From positions 166,985 to 230,984 of the IMG/VR virus record IMGVR_UViG_3300011774_000001: 64,000 nucleotides of DNA. The stretch is one strand, 5' to 3'. Each line of letters begins with the position of its first letter. Positions within the stretch are counted from its first letter, which is position 1. Positions 18,370 through 28,960 of the stretch are shown here, piece after piece. A program made the translations under genes and the position numbers. The notes under the pieces were generated by a model, which was given only the letters and a program-made list of their open reading frames with translations, was not told the origin of the DNA and ran no database searches. Source of the stretch: a virus (lineage: Duplodnaviria; Caudoviricetes).

Positions 18370-19974
18370 ATGAACAAAGGCGTAAAGATTCTCTCCATTC
18401 TGCTGGCTGAAGCCCCACCTTCTCCGCAGTTGTTCGTGCGTCCTTGGGAAGTGCGTTGGGAAGATGGCTATACTGACCAGCTGCTGGAAGCTACCAACGA
18501 TGGTAGCAACCTGTCCGCCAGCGCAATCCGTCAGGTCGCCACAGAAATGCTGGTACCGGCAGCTGCCCATGCTGGTGCTGTAAACATCGCTAACGGTTTC
18601 GGCTTTACCCGCGGCACTGTGACCATGGTTGTCGAGACCGAAGACGTAGGTGGTCGTAAGACCCAGGAGATCATCTCCGGCTACACCGACCATCTGGGCA
18701 TCGGCGGTACGGACACCAACCCGATCTTCAACCCAGAGATGCGGTTGTTCTTCAACCACATGGGTACGCTGACCATGACCCCTGGTAGCGGTCACGATGG
18801 CTACGGGATGTATCAGTTCGGCAACGCTACTGAGATCCTCACCCCGATGACCGGCTGGGATAGTCAGAACGAGATCCCAATCGTCAACCGTCAAGCAGCC
18901 ACCATGCGTCCAAAAGACGTAATGGCTAGCCTGGGTGAAGGTGCATTCGCTGGCATGGGCATGCATGACCCAGCGGGTCAGTCGAAGGTCAACGGCGCTC
19001 CAGTGCTCGGCAACACCAGTTATCAGTTCGGTAGCCGTGCCAAGCGTTCGAGCTTCGACAACAACGTGGCCACCGAGTTCGTGTCTCGCGTCTTCACCGG
19101 TGTACGTGACACCATGCTGGACAACTCTACTGATCATCGCCAGTACGGCAATGCTCTGCAGAAGGCCAGCGAGTCCAAGTACATCAACGAGCCGATGACC
19201 TCGAACTCTGCAATGATGCTGCTGCTTCAACGCCGCAGTCAGTTCCAGCAAGAGTGGTCCGTCACTCTGCAAGAGCTGATCAACATCGACCACACCATCC
19301 CAAGCCGTATCCAACCGATCAAGCTGACCGTGCAACAACGTCAGACCTTCGGCGCGATCATGAGCAACACCGATGGTTGGAATGAAACCAGCTTTGAAGG
19401 TCAAGTGGCTCAGCTGGCTTCGCTGATCATGCCCAACGCAATGGCCAAGTTTGCTCTGGGTCATCTGCACTTCACTGCACACACTGAAACCCTCGACGGT
19501 TCGGTGGACGTACGCATCATGAACTTGGCGGGTATCGCTCAGGGCATCGATCCACGTACGGTGGTGAACATGATCAAGCAGCACCTTGCGTTCGAGGTGT
19601 TCCCTGCACTGACCATGGGTCGCTTCAAGATCCACATCGAGGCCAACATTTCGTTGAACCGGATCTCGTCGATCACCGTGGGTGTTAACGGTGGAATGAA
19701 GAAACCGTTCCCGATCGCAAGCTACTGCTCGGCGCTGTACAGCCCGTGCTTGGCTCCAAACGTTGGGGTGCTGGAAAAGGTTGCTACTGACCTTAGTGGT
19801 GTGGCGGCAACGCTTACTGCAGCGGCAATGAAAAGTGGTCCAGGCATTATCCTGCCTAGCCATGAACCTGCGCCGATGATGGACTATGGTAGCGGTGGTA
19901 TTTCCGCCACTCCACTGTCCCAAGTCAACTTCACCAATCCAGGCAATGTGCCTGGCGGTGGTCTCGGATTCTGA
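18370..19974 (+). CDS. picA: Probable nuclear import factor PicA/Imp1 (phiKZ gp69-like)
   Basis: 534 aa directly after the gp68-like gene; RPW, SGYTDHLG and PEMRLFFN segments. Confidence 0.65.
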   Translation: MNKGVKILSILLAEAPPSPQLFVRPWEVRWEDGYTDQLLEATNDGSNLSASAIRQVATEMLVPAAAHAGAVNIANGFGFTRGTVTMVVETEDVGGRKTQEIISGYTDHLGIGGTDTNPIFNPEMRLFFNHMGTLTMTPGSGHDGYGMYQFGNATEILTPMTGWDSQNEIPIVNRQAATMRPKDVMASLGEGAFAGMGMHDPAGQSKVNGAPVLGNTSYQFGSRAKRSSFDNNVATEFVSRVFTGVRDTMLDNSTDHRQYGNALQKASESKYINEPMTSNSAMMLLLQRRSQFQQEWSVTLQELINIDHTIPSRIQPIKLTVQQRQTFGAIMSNTDGWNETSFEGQVAQLASLIMPNAMAKFALGHLHFTAHTETLDGSVDVRIMNLAGIAQGIDPRTVVNMIKQHLAFEVFPALTMGRFKIHIEANISLNRISSITVGVNGGMKKPFPIASYCSALYSPCLAPNVGVLEKVATDLSGVAATLTAAAMKSGPGIILPSHEPAPMMDYGSGGISATPLSQVNFTNPGNVPGGGLGF

Positions 19975-21365
19975 TGGGAAACAACATGGAAAACACACTG
20001 GAAAAGACGCTCAACTTTCTCACCGAGATCCTGACGTCGTTAGGCTGTACAGTGCGAGGCCGGATGATCCTTATCGTCACTGAAGACGGTGAGTATGAAA
20101 TCCAGGTCGATGGCAAGACCATGGTACTGCCCACGCCGGAGACGCTGAAGCTCTCCAACTGGGACAAGGAAATCGCCTTCTGGCCACTGTGCGAAAGCAC
20201 GTTGCGTGGTGAGTCGGAGATCCAGCACGAAATCCTGTCCATGGTCAAGGGCGCGGTAAACGTGCGTTTGGCTGCGCTGATCTGGGAACTGTTCAAAGTT
20301 GCCAACAGCGAGGAATGCAAGGCGAACAAACTCACGCCAGAACAGGCTGAGTTCCTGCCACACATTCCAGGCCTCGATGCAGACATGGTCAAGCGCATGG
20401 GCAAACTCGTGTTGGGTGTAAACCCGGCCGATTACAAAACCAGCCTGATCCACATCAACCTCAAGCGTCGTACCAAGATCAACGGTCAGCCGTTTGACCG
20501 TGCGTGCCTGGTTCGCTTCCCTCTGGCCGAGATGGAACGCAAGGAGAAGCCATTCGGCGTCGACCTGCGTGTCAAGGACATGGATGCACTGACCAACCTG
20601 CTGGACTACATCTTGCCTGAATGGCAGATCGAAAACAGCTACAGTCGTGGCACTGACAGTAAGGTTGCTCCGTACTTCGTGGCAACGCTGCTGGCCTACC
20701 AGAACATCAATGCCCGTATCACCATGCTGGCCCAGCGCTTCGAACCAACCTTCCCCAAGTTCGGGGCATTGGTCAACGAAGACAACTGGGTAGAATGCAT
20801 GGACGACCTGCATCGCATGCGCGATTGCATGCCGAACCTGCCGGGCAACGATGGTGCTGTGGTGCGCAACAACGCAGTCAACGAAGCACCGGTGATCAAC
20901 AACGAGCCTCGCGCTCCGCGTGCAGTCCCAATGCAGCAACAACCACAGCAACAACCTAAGCAGGAAACTCTGCCATGGGAAGAGCAAGGTGCGCAATCTC
21001 CTGCCCCTACTCGTCGCGTTGAAGCTGATGACGACGTGGTCGAATACGTGCCTCGTCAAGCGCAGCAACCACAAGCTGGCCAGATCCCTCTGGGTCAGCC
21101 AGCCTACGGTGCTCCCGGTACGATCCCTGCTGGTTATGGAAACAATGCTCCGGTCAATGGCCCAAGCTTTGCGGAAATCCAGCGTGCTCGTCAAGGCGGT
21201 AACGCCGCTTACATGCAGGTTAACCAACCTGTCCCTGTAGGTGGTAGCCCGTTCGGTAGTGATGCGCGTGTCGACACCACCAACAATACGGGTGGTTACA
21301 GTGTTGGTTACGTGAACTCCGGTGCAGCTGGGCAGTACAGCCAGCCATCGGGTCGCGGATACTGA
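19974..21365 (+). CDS. Conserved chimallivirus protein with low-complexity C-terminus (phiKZ gp70-like)
   Basis: TGATG coupling; FWPLCES..RGES core; ~160-aa Q/P/G/Y-rich tail. Confidence 0.75.
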   Translation: MGNNMENTLEKTLNFLTEILTSLGCTVRGRMILIVTEDGEYEIQVDGKTMVLPTPETLKLSNWDKEIAFWPLCESTLRGESEIQHEILSMVKGAVNVRLAALIWELFKVANSEECKANKLTPEQAEFLPHIPGLDADMVKRMGKLVLGVNPADYKTSLIHINLKRRTKINGQPFDRACLVRFPLAEMERKEKPFGVDLRVKDMDALTNLLDYILPEWQIENSYSRGTDSKVAPYFVATLLAYQNINARITMLAQRFEPTFPKFGALVNEDNWVECMDDLHRMRDCMPNLPGNDGAVVRNNAVNEAPVINNEPRAPRAVPMQQQPQQQPKQETLPWEEQGAQSPAPTRRVEADDDVVEYVPRQAQQPQAGQIPLGQPAYGAPGTIPAGYGNNAPVNGPSFAEIQRARQGGNAAYMQVNQPVPVGGSPFGSDARVDTTNNTGGYSVGYVNSGAAGQYSQPSGRGY

Positions 21366-21366
21366 C

Positions 21367-21406
21367 GGCATAGCCCCTCCCCTCGCAAGAGGGGAGGGGA
21401 ACTATC
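21367..21406. terminator. Bidirectional terminator-like hairpin
   Basis: GGCATAG-CCCCTCCCCTC-GCAA-GAGGGGAGGGG between convergent genes. Confidence 0.7.
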
Positions 21407-21416
21407 ACGGCGGTTA

Positions 21417-21767
21417 TTATTTTACCACCTTACTGCGAGATGTAACGTACAATCCCTTAAGTCGGGTATACGAGTCTCTCGCAGGGATGTACAACACGGT
21501 GGTATTCTGGTCGAACTCAGTGGGACTTTCCATGTCACTCAGTCGCATGATCGCAAAGTGGTACTCAGGATGAATGCTCTTGGCTGAAAGATAGCCGTAG
21601 AGGTCATACTGGTATTTAAAGGCATCGTGGTTGTCGACTGCGTGGACTTCAAACCGACCATCCTGACGGAAGTAAGCCCGATGAGTTTCGATCATCAGCC
21701 TGAAACCGTCTTCATTGGTAAAGGTGTCCGGCACTGGGGTTGCCAGTTTACGCAAAGGCGATCCCAT
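21417..21767 (-). CDS. Small protein, possibly LysM-like/baseplate gp53-like
   Basis: 116 aa; DLYGYL...YHFAIMRLSDMESP...LYIP pattern resembles a LysM-type fold. Confidence 0.55.
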   Translation of the reverse strand: MGSPLRKLATPVPDTFTNEDGFRLMIETHRAYFRQDGRFEVHAVDNHDAFKYQYDLYGYLSAKSIHPEYHFAIMRLSDMESPTEFDQNTTVLYIPARDSYTRLKGLYVTSRSKVVK

Positions 21768-21794
21768 GGGTTAGTTCCTGCAGGTAATGGAATT

Positions 21795-21818
21795 TGAGAC
21801 CTAGATTATCAAGTTGAA
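21795..21818 (+). promoter_or_regulatory. Early-promoter-like motif
   Basis: TGAGACCTAGATTATCAAGTTGAA. Confidence 0.65.
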
Positions 21819-21897
21819 GGTCGTTTGGCTTTCATATGTTAGGCTTTGATTAGGACGAGCACTTCAGTCGTCGTGGTCAAAAGGAGATAGGATCAAT

Positions 21898-24006
21898 ATG
21901 CCCCGTTCAAAGGCGAATCAACTGCATCCTGAGTTTCTCTCGACGCAGAACCTGAACCCTTTTGCGGGTAATGACTCGGCCTCGCGTAAGCAGATGATGG
22001 CGGGCAACATGCCCCAAGCGTTGTCCCTGCTTAATCCAACTCGTCGTATTCTCATGACGGGCATGGAACCTGAGTACGCGAAATACGTGTTCAAGATTGA
22101 GATGCCGTGCGACGCGTTCGTCATCGATGTCATTGACCGAGTCACTGCCAGCAATGTTAAAGGAGCTTTGAAGCGCAACCCAGAAACAGTTGTGATCTAC
22201 GAGGACATCAACACCGGCGAAGTTGGGGTTATGTACATCCCCGAGTATCTGTCGTTCCATAAGCGATTTGGTTTCGAGCTTGTGAAAGTTCCTGAAGCCA
22301 TGGCGCTACTGGTTCCAGGGAACGGCGTCCCCAAAGGTACTGTCTTTGCCAAACCTGCTACTGTAACGTCGGAAGGCGAGTACATGTACGGGCGGGAGCT
22401 GTCTTGCGTCTGGGCTACGTTGCCAGGGGTAATTGAAGACGGCGGTATCATCTCTGAATCTGCTGCACGCAACATGTCGACTTACATGTACGAGGAGCGT
22501 ACTGCCTCCTACGGTAAGTCTGAATACCCGCTGAACCTGTTCGGTGACGATGAAGTCTATCGCATGTGTCCAGACATCGGCGGTATTGTGGGTGACGATG
22601 GTATCCTGATGGCATTCCGTCGCAAGCGTGACATGATGGGTTCGGTTGAAATGACCCCAGAACGTCTGCGCAAGATCGACCGCATCTCTGATCGTCAGAT
22701 CAAGGTGCCGCCAGGATCAGAGATCGTCAACATCACTGTCCAACACGATGGTGAGGCTCGGGTTAACAACACGCCACATGGCATGGAATACACCCCAGCC
22801 CGTTATGACGATGCACAACGGCGCTACTATCAGCGGATCATTGCCAAGTACCGTGAGCTGGAGCATTCTCGCCCTGGCGAACAACTGGTGCTGTCGCGTG
22901 AGTTCCACCGCCTGGTTGTAGAAGCGCTGGTGTACATCAACCCGTATCACAAGGGTGGTCGTAAGCTGTGCTACCGTAAGGTAGAGCTGGATGACTGGCG
23001 CATCACTGTAACGGTTCGCAAAGAGATCCGTGCGGGTATGGGGATCAAGATCACCTGTACTCACGGCGGTAAAGGCGTAATCGTCAAGGTGATGAAAGAC
23101 GAGGATATGCCACGCGATCAGCATGGTCGTATCATCGATCTGGTCATGGACCCGATGTCGCTAACCAAGCGGATGAACATGGGCCGAGTAATCGAACCCC
23201 GTATTAGTTCTGTCTGCATGGAATACACCCGACTGCTGCGTGAAGAGTTGGGTCTGCGCGACGAGTTCACCGATGAGTTCGTAGCTCGCACCGCTATCCA
23301 GAAAATGGACAGTGGTAAACAGGATGAGTTCTTCAAGCGGTTCATGAGCTTCTACGAGCTGATCAGTCCACGCATGCATAAAGGCATCGAAAGCTACAAG
23401 GACTTCGATGTCACAGGTCACCTGACAACGGTGGCTTCACATGGCATGCAGCTGTGGCTACCAACGGACAACCCGGTGGTGTACTCGGATATTCTGCCTC
23501 GACTCAAGAAAGAACATCCGTGCAACTACAGCAAGATTACCTGGCGCAATGCGAAAGGTCGTGTGTTCACCAGCCGTAAAGACATGGTGATCGGTTCCAT
23601 CTACACGATCATGCTGGAGAAGATCGCCCGAGACATGGCCGCCGTATCCTCGGCTAAGCTACAGATCAACGGTGTTCCATCCAGGATTGCAAACAGCGAT
23701 CGCTACAGCACTCACATCCGTATGCAGCCCATGCGGTTTGCGGGTGAGACTGAAGTGCGCCTGATGCTGATGGCTATCGGTGGTATGGCAACGCGGGACT
23801 TGCTGGAACAAACCAACAACCCCGACTCGCATGCCATCGTGTACGAAAGCATCTTGCTGGCAGAGCAGCCCACCAACATCGATGAAGTCATCCCGCGGGA
23901 CAAGTTCCCTGCGAACGGACATCGGATCGCCAGACAGATCAAAGACCTGCACCTGTGTGCGGGTATCGCGTTTGAGTTGATCCCCGACAACATCCCAACT
24001 GAGTGA
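21898..24006 (+). CDS. Non-virion RNAP beta C-terminal subunit (phiKZ gp71/73-like), uninterrupted
   Basis: DSASRKQM, IEDG, GIKITCTHGGKGVI, KRMNMG and RFAGETE RpoB motifs. Confidence 0.92.
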   Translation: MPRSKANQLHPEFLSTQNLNPFAGNDSASRKQMMAGNMPQALSLLNPTRRILMTGMEPEYAKYVFKIEMPCDAFVIDVIDRVTASNVKGALKRNPETVVIYEDINTGEVGVMYIPEYLSFHKRFGFELVKVPEAMALLVPGNGVPKGTVFAKPATVTSEGEYMYGRELSCVWATLPGVIEDGGIISESAARNMSTYMYEERTASYGKSEYPLNLFGDDEVYRMCPDIGGIVGDDGILMAFRRKRDMMGSVEMTPERLRKIDRISDRQIKVPPGSEIVNITVQHDGEARVNNTPHGMEYTPARYDDAQRRYYQRIIAKYRELEHSRPGEQLVLSREFHRLVVEALVYINPYHKGGRKLCYRKVELDDWRITVTVRKEIRAGMGIKITCTHGGKGVIVKVMKDEDMPRDQHGRIIDLVMDPMSLTKRMNMGRVIEPRISSVCMEYTRLLREELGLRDEFTDEFVARTAIQKMDSGKQDEFFKRFMSFYELISPRMHKGIESYKDFDVTGHLTTVASHGMQLWLPTDNPVVYSDILPRLKKEHPCNYSKITWRNAKGRVFTSRKDMVIGSIYTIMLEKIARDMAAVSSAKLQINGVPSRIANSDRYSTHIRMQPMRFAGETEVRLMLMAIGGMATRDLLEQTNNPDSHAIVYESILLAEQPTNIDEVIPRDKFPANGHRIARQIKDLHLCAGIAFELIPDNIPTE

Positions 24007-26006
24007 ATGCCATGTCACTGATGGTTATCAATGGACGTGAGCTGCTAGGCATGCGTCCTGAGCGCGTCAATGATTGGCTCATGGCAAAGGGCTTGGCAGA
24101 AGACGGAAAGCTTCTGCTACAGCTCGATGATGGGCAACATGAGTCATCGGTACAGCGGGTGGTTTACTCCACCTTCTGTTGGAACTTTCAACGGATCTGG
24201 AAGAACACGGCACTGTGTGGTCGCCATACGCTTCTTTATCCAGCCCGCATTACCTCCAACAGCCACCTGCGGTTGATGGAGCACAGCTACTGGGATACGT
24301 TCGACACCTACCTTGAAGCGGGTGAAGAACTGGATCTGGAGTATCTGGACCTGATCGGTTGTAAGTCGGCTAACGCCATTTACAACTACGCGGTGAACGA
24401 ACTGCAAGAGTGGATCGAAACGCTGTCGCTCGACGATTACTCTGACGTGGTTGAATCACCCGAGATCAAAAAGGCGTTGGATACAGTAGAACCCAACCGT
24501 CGTTCCGTGGCAGAGTGTCACGACAACATCGGTCGCCTGCTGATGAATTCGCCTGATCTGGAAAAGAACACACTGGCAGAGTTCTGCCGGTCTAAGTTCA
24601 TCCAGAACGGCCAGGTACTGCAGTGCATTGGTCCTAAGGGCTATCCCACTGAGATCAGCTCGGGTTACTTCCGTCATCCGATTCTGAACTCGTTCTTGAC
24701 AGGTCTGAACACGCTGTACGAAAGTGCGGCTGAGTCTCGCTCTGCTACTAAAGCGATGTACTACTCAAAAGACCACGTTGAGAAAGGTGAATACTTCCAG
24801 CGTAAGATGCAGCTGGGTGCGTTCCCTGTGGCACGGTTGTTCAAGGGCGACTGCGGATCTACCAAGTACCTGCAGATCACGATGAGTGAAGAACTGCTCT
24901 ACGCGTTCGCCGGTAAGTACCGGCTGATGCCTGAGACCGGTAAGCTCACTCCCATCTGGAAGAACAGCCGTGAACTGATCGGTCAAACGATCCTACTGCG
25001 TTCCTCGATTCACTGTCAGCGATTCCATGAGCATGGCGTGTGCCAGACCTGCTTCGGCTATCTGGGCCATTCCATCGTCCGTGGTTCCAACCTCGGCCAC
25101 GTATCCTCGTCTGAGCTGTGTAAGGACGCCTCTCAGGCGCTCTTGGCGGTTAAGCATAGTGACGCTACGATTGACATCGCGGACGTCGCCTTGGGCGATC
25201 TGGAGCAGCTCTACCTCACACCATCGGCAGACGAAGAGGCCGCAGATCTCAGGCTGTTGTATAACCCTGACCTGAAAGACCTCCGGTTGGCTGTCGATGA
25301 ACGCTACGTGCGTAACTTGCACGACGTGAAGGTGGTAGATGATCTGTCTAAGCTGACCCTGTCCAACACCACCAGCATGTACTCGTTGCAGCTGTGGTAT
25401 GAAGACGAGGATGGCTTTGCACAGGTTAAGCGCCTGACTGTGGCCAACGGTTCTCGCCAAGCATCGTTCACGCTGGCTGCGCTGGAATACATCCGCAAAG
25501 CTGGTTGGGTGATCAGCGAAGGCATGGTTGTAATTGACATGAAGGATTGGGAGTACGATGACAGTCTGTTGTCGCTTCCGGTTCAGCATGCCAACATGTT
25601 GGAGTACATCAACGACGTGGAAACCTTCACCCGCTCCAGTGGCAAGGGCAGCGGAGATGGTGCACGCGATCGTCTGGTGAACTACGAGACTCTGGACGAG
25701 GGTCTGTTGATGATGAACAAGATGGTTTCGTCGAAACTCAACGTCAACATCGCTCACCAGGAAATCGTTATCTCCTGCATGACTGCTCGCAGCGAGACAG
25801 ACGCGCGCTTCCCGCGTATGCCGTCTGAAGGTGTGATCCGTCCGTATGAGGATCTGATTCGTGATCGAAGCCTCTCGGGGACTCTTTCTTACGAACATTT
25901 GGAGCGTATCTATGGAAACCCACGCACGTATCTTAACCAGACGCGTTGCTATCATCCGATGGATGCGCTGCATGCCGATCTTCCAGAAGGCGTGACAGTG
26001 CTGTAA
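24003..26006 (+). CDS. Non-virion RNAP beta' C-terminal subunit (phiKZ gp74-like)
   Basis: Bridge helix ESRSATKA...GEYFQRKM, GDCGS, RSSIHC..VCQTCFG Zn site. Confidence 0.9.
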   Translation: MNAMSLMVINGRELLGMRPERVNDWLMAKGLAEDGKLLLQLDDGQHESSVQRVVYSTFCWNFQRIWKNTALCGRHTLLYPARITSNSHLRLMEHSYWDTFDTYLEAGEELDLEYLDLIGCKSANAIYNYAVNELQEWIETLSLDDYSDVVESPEIKKALDTVEPNRRSVAECHDNIGRLLMNSPDLEKNTLAEFCRSKFIQNGQVLQCIGPKGYPTEISSGYFRHPILNSFLTGLNTLYESAAESRSATKAMYYSKDHVEKGEYFQRKMQLGAFPVARLFKGDCGSTKYLQITMSEELLYAFAGKYRLMPETGKLTPIWKNSRELIGQTILLRSSIHCQRFHEHGVCQTCFGYLGHSIVRGSNLGHVSSSELCKDASQALLAVKHSDATIDIADVALGDLEQLYLTPSADEEAADLRLLYNPDLKDLRLAVDERYVRNLHDVKVVDDLSKLTLSNTTSMYSLQLWYEDEDGFAQVKRLTVANGSRQASFTLAALEYIRKAGWVISEGMVVIDMKDWEYDDSLLSLPVQHANMLEYINDVETFTRSSGKGSGDGARDRLVNYETLDEGLLMMNKMVSSKLNVNIAHQEIVISCMTARSETDARFPRMPSEGVIRPYEDLIRDRSLSGTLSYEHLERIYGNPRTYLNQTRCYHPMDALHADLPEGVTVL

Positions 26007-26016
26007 CAGGTGAACC

Positions 26017-26058
26017 GGGTCCCCTCTTCGGAGGGGACCTTGCTCCCTGTAATTTTTT
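26017..26058 (+). terminator. Terminator-like hairpin
   Basis: GGGTCCCCTC-TTCG-GAGGGGACCT with a distal T tract. Confidence 0.65.
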
Positions 26059-26073
26059 GTATGGGGGAGTACG

Positions 26074-27594
26074 ATGCGTATTGACGTCTACTCGCATGGG
26101 TACACGGTTAGCGATCTTTCTCGATCTGCATTGACCGCTATCTCCAGGCTTTGCCGCTTCCTCGGACATTTTGAATTGCAGCCCAACGAAATAGGTCGCT
26201 ACGAGCAAAAGCAAACAGCGACGTATGCCGGGGGTTATGCAAACAGGGAGCAGTTCTGTTTCCACAAAGGCACGCTGGACCGATTCCTTGGAATCCTGCG
26301 TGAAGTGGATAAGGACATCAAACCTGAGATCGTGACCCACGACTTGTGGGACTCGGTACCTGTCGAGATGAAACTCAAAGACCTGCGTGATCCTCGATGG
26401 GGTCAGCCAGGTGCAATTGCTCACGGCATTGCCGAGGGTGAGATCAAGGCCATCTGTCTGGGCCCTGGTCGTGGTAAAACGTTTGTGTTCAACCGAATCA
26501 CCTATCACTTCCAGCGACGGGTGTGCATGGTTATTCGTGCGAACTATGTGGACAAATGGGAAGAGGACATCGGAGAAGCCCACGAGTGCGAGGATGGCGA
26601 CATTCTCAAAGTCAAAGGCGGTAAGGACCTTATGGCCCTGATGCATGCGGCATTGGCGGGTACGCTGACAGCCAAGTACATCCTGATCTCCAACTCCACC
26701 TACCGCAACTATCTCAAGTTGTGGGAAATGTCCAGCGGCACCCTGAAAGATCAAGGGTTCCCGCTAGCACCGCATGAAGTAATGGGTGCATTGGGTGCAG
26801 AGATTCTGGGCATCGACGAGGTGCATCAGGACTTCCACTTCAACCACCGTCTGATTATCTACAGCCACGTTCCAAAGATCGTGACGCTGTCGGGCACGCT
26901 TGACCCGGACAACTCGTTCAAGAACGATGTGACCAAGTTGACGTTCCCATTAGCCACCCGGTTTGTAGAGCCACCACCGCCACCTTATCTGCGTTGCAAG
27001 GCGCTGCAGTTCTCGCTGCATAGCCCGCACCTGATCAAGTACAAGCACCGTGGCCGTTCCGAGTATTCGCAGGCAGCTCTAGAGAAGAGCATCCTGCATT
27101 ACAAGAAGACTCTGGACAACTACAAGAACATGATTCTGGACATTGCTGCTATCAGCTTTATGCCCTTGTGGAAACCTGGCAGGAAACTGCTGGTCTTCGC
27201 TGGTACGAAGAAGATGTGTACAGTGCTCGCAGATGCCTTTGCCAAGAAATACCCGGACATGCAAGTTCGGCGATACATTGGTGAGGACCCGTATGTTCAC
27301 TTGCGTGAAGGCGACATCATTGTTTCCACCACCAAGTCCTGTGGTACGGCTGTGGACATCCCAGGCTTGGCCATCTCTCTGATGACCGAGGCTGTCAACG
27401 ATACACAGGCGAACTTGCAGCACATTAAGCGTCTGCGAGAACCGCCACAAGGACCGGACTACTTTACGCCAGAGTTCCTTTACTTCCTGTGCGTGAACAT
27501 TCCACAACACATGAATTACCACAAGCGAAAGGTTGAGATCTTCCGCAACGAGGTGATTTCCCATGAACTCTTATTAACGGATTACGTGATATGA
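26074..27594 (+). CDS. SF2 (DExH) helicase (phiKZ gp75-like)
   Basis: GPGRGKT, IDEVH, LSGT, GTAVDIPGL and QHIKRLR motifs. Confidence 0.9.
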   Translation: MRIDVYSHGYTVSDLSRSALTAISRLCRFLGHFELQPNEIGRYEQKQTATYAGGYANREQFCFHKGTLDRFLGILREVDKDIKPEIVTHDLWDSVPVEMKLKDLRDPRWGQPGAIAHGIAEGEIKAICLGPGRGKTFVFNRITYHFQRRVCMVIRANYVDKWEEDIGEAHECEDGDILKVKGGKDLMALMHAALAGTLTAKYILISNSTYRNYLKLWEMSSGTLKDQGFPLAPHEVMGALGAEILGIDEVHQDFHFNHRLIIYSHVPKIVTLSGTLDPDNSFKNDVTKLTFPLATRFVEPPPPPYLRCKALQFSLHSPHLIKYKHRGRSEYSQAALEKSILHYKKTLDNYKNMILDIAAISFMPLWKPGRKLLVFAGTKKMCTVLADAFAKKYPDMQVRRYIGEDPYVHLREGDIIVSTTKSCGTAVDIPGLAISLMTEAVNDTQANLQHIKRLREPPQGPDYFTPEFLYFLCVNIPQHMNYHKRKVEIFRNEVISHELLLTDYVI

Positions 27595-27950
27595 GCCGTG
27601 CAGTGATAACCCACAAGGGGTCTGCCAAGACCTACGACGTCATGGGGTTGTTCATTCAGGACAATCCTGCATTGTTACACTCTCACCTTGAGGGTATGAC
27701 AGTAACCTTGTTGTCGGTGGACGGTAAGCCAAACACTTTGGATGCAAAGATGGAGCCTCTGCCATCCTACCCTCCAAAGACCGGGCAAGAAGACCGCACG
27801 GTTCATCACTACAACAAACAGGGCCGACTGGTGCTGGCTGTAAAGCAGAGCCCTCAACGCGGTTCTGTTGCAGTTCACCCCATTGGCACTGAGTTGGAAT
27901 CCTCTGACCTTGAGTTCGAGGTGGTCGCACGTATCCGTCAGGCCAATTAG
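27591..27950 (+). CDS. Hypothetical protein (119 aa)
   Basis: ATGA overlap with the helicase gene. Confidence 0.65.
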   Translation: MSRAVITHKGSAKTYDVMGLFIQDNPALLHSHLEGMTVTLLSVDGKPNTLDAKMEPLPSYPPKTGQEDRTVHHYNKQGRLVLAVKQSPQRGSVAVHPIGTELESSDLEFEVVARIRQAN

Positions 27951-27952
27951 TC

Positions 27953-28231
27953 ATGACGATCTTCGTAAAACCCATCTCCTTATACGAGGTGGGCAGTAGC
28001 GGTGACCGGGTGTATACGCCCGGCATTGCTTTTGAATTTGAGCAGTACAACAGCGCTGAAGAGATTCAGTTCGTCATTCACCATCGCCACTGCAAGGTGG
28101 GTACCTGGGCTTACAATCGCCGGACTGGTGTCTCGACCCTGACCTTCATCGAAGACTTTCTCAAGCGTGACTGGTGCGTTGAAACCACTGACACCTTTCA
28201 CACCGAAACCGTAAGGAGCTACACCCTGTGA
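27953..28231 (+). CDS. Hypothetical protein (92 aa)
   Basis: Tightly packed in the operon. Confidence 0.6.
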   Translation: MTIFVKPISLYEVGSSGDRVYTPGIAFEFEQYNSAEEIQFVIHHRHCKVGTWAYNRRTGVSTLTFIEDFLKRDWCVETTDTFHTETVRSYTL

Positions 28232-28959
28232 ACAAGCCTTATCAATCCGCCCCCCTTTCCGAACAACACCTGCGTCTGGGTCTGTTGGTGGACTTCGCCA
28301 ACAACGTGAACCGTGGTCTGGAAAAGAAAGAGCTGAACCCAATGGGTAGCCTCTACATCTTTGACGACCACTCCGAAATCCGTACCCCTACTCAGGTGCC
28401 GGAAAACTGGCCACATGGTCTGATCCGTATCTATCGTGAACAGCAGACCGCAGGCTTCGAGCCTGAGTTCACCCTGCATCAGTTCGACCCAGCCATGGGT
28501 ACTGCAGCCTACGACGCCAAGCGTGGCGGTGGTCTGGATCAACAAGGCATTCGTTTCACCTCTCAGCAAGGCTGGCGCGGCCTGGACGCTCACTACCTGG
28601 TCATGCCAGAGTACGAGCAGCTGTCCTTCATCCCACTGATCGGTTCTCACACCGACGACATCGAAACCATCCTCGAAGCGTCCAAGTTGGGTGGCTACGA
28701 TCGCAAGGTGATCCGCAACACCTTCGAAGAAGCGATGGTGAAAGAACCCTACACCAGCGAAGACGATCTGGAACTGTACCGTGGCGTGCCTCACACCTAC
28801 CACAACTGGATCATGCTCAATGCATTGATCGTATCCAAAATCGTTACCCTGCGTAACATCGCACTGGCCGAAGCCGGCGAAGCTGCGCTCACCAATCAGC
28901 TCGAACGCGACACTCAGACTGGTGCTGTATTGCCAATCGACGTCTCCAACGAAGTGTGA
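28228..28959 (+). CDS. Conserved hypothetical protein (phiKZ gp77-like by synteny)
   Basis: GTGA overlap, SD AAGGAG, strong codon bias. Confidence 0.75.
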   Translation: MNKPYQSAPLSEQHLRLGLLVDFANNVNRGLEKKELNPMGSLYIFDDHSEIRTPTQVPENWPHGLIRIYREQQTAGFEPEFTLHQFDPAMGTAAYDAKRGGGLDQQGIRFTSQQGWRGLDAHYLVMPEYEQLSFIPLIGSHTDDIETILEASKLGGYDRKVIRNTFEEAMVKEPYTSEDDLELYRGVPHTYHNWIMLNALIVSKIVTLRNIALAEAGEAALTNQLERDTQTGAVLPIDVSNEV

Positions 28960-28960
28960 C

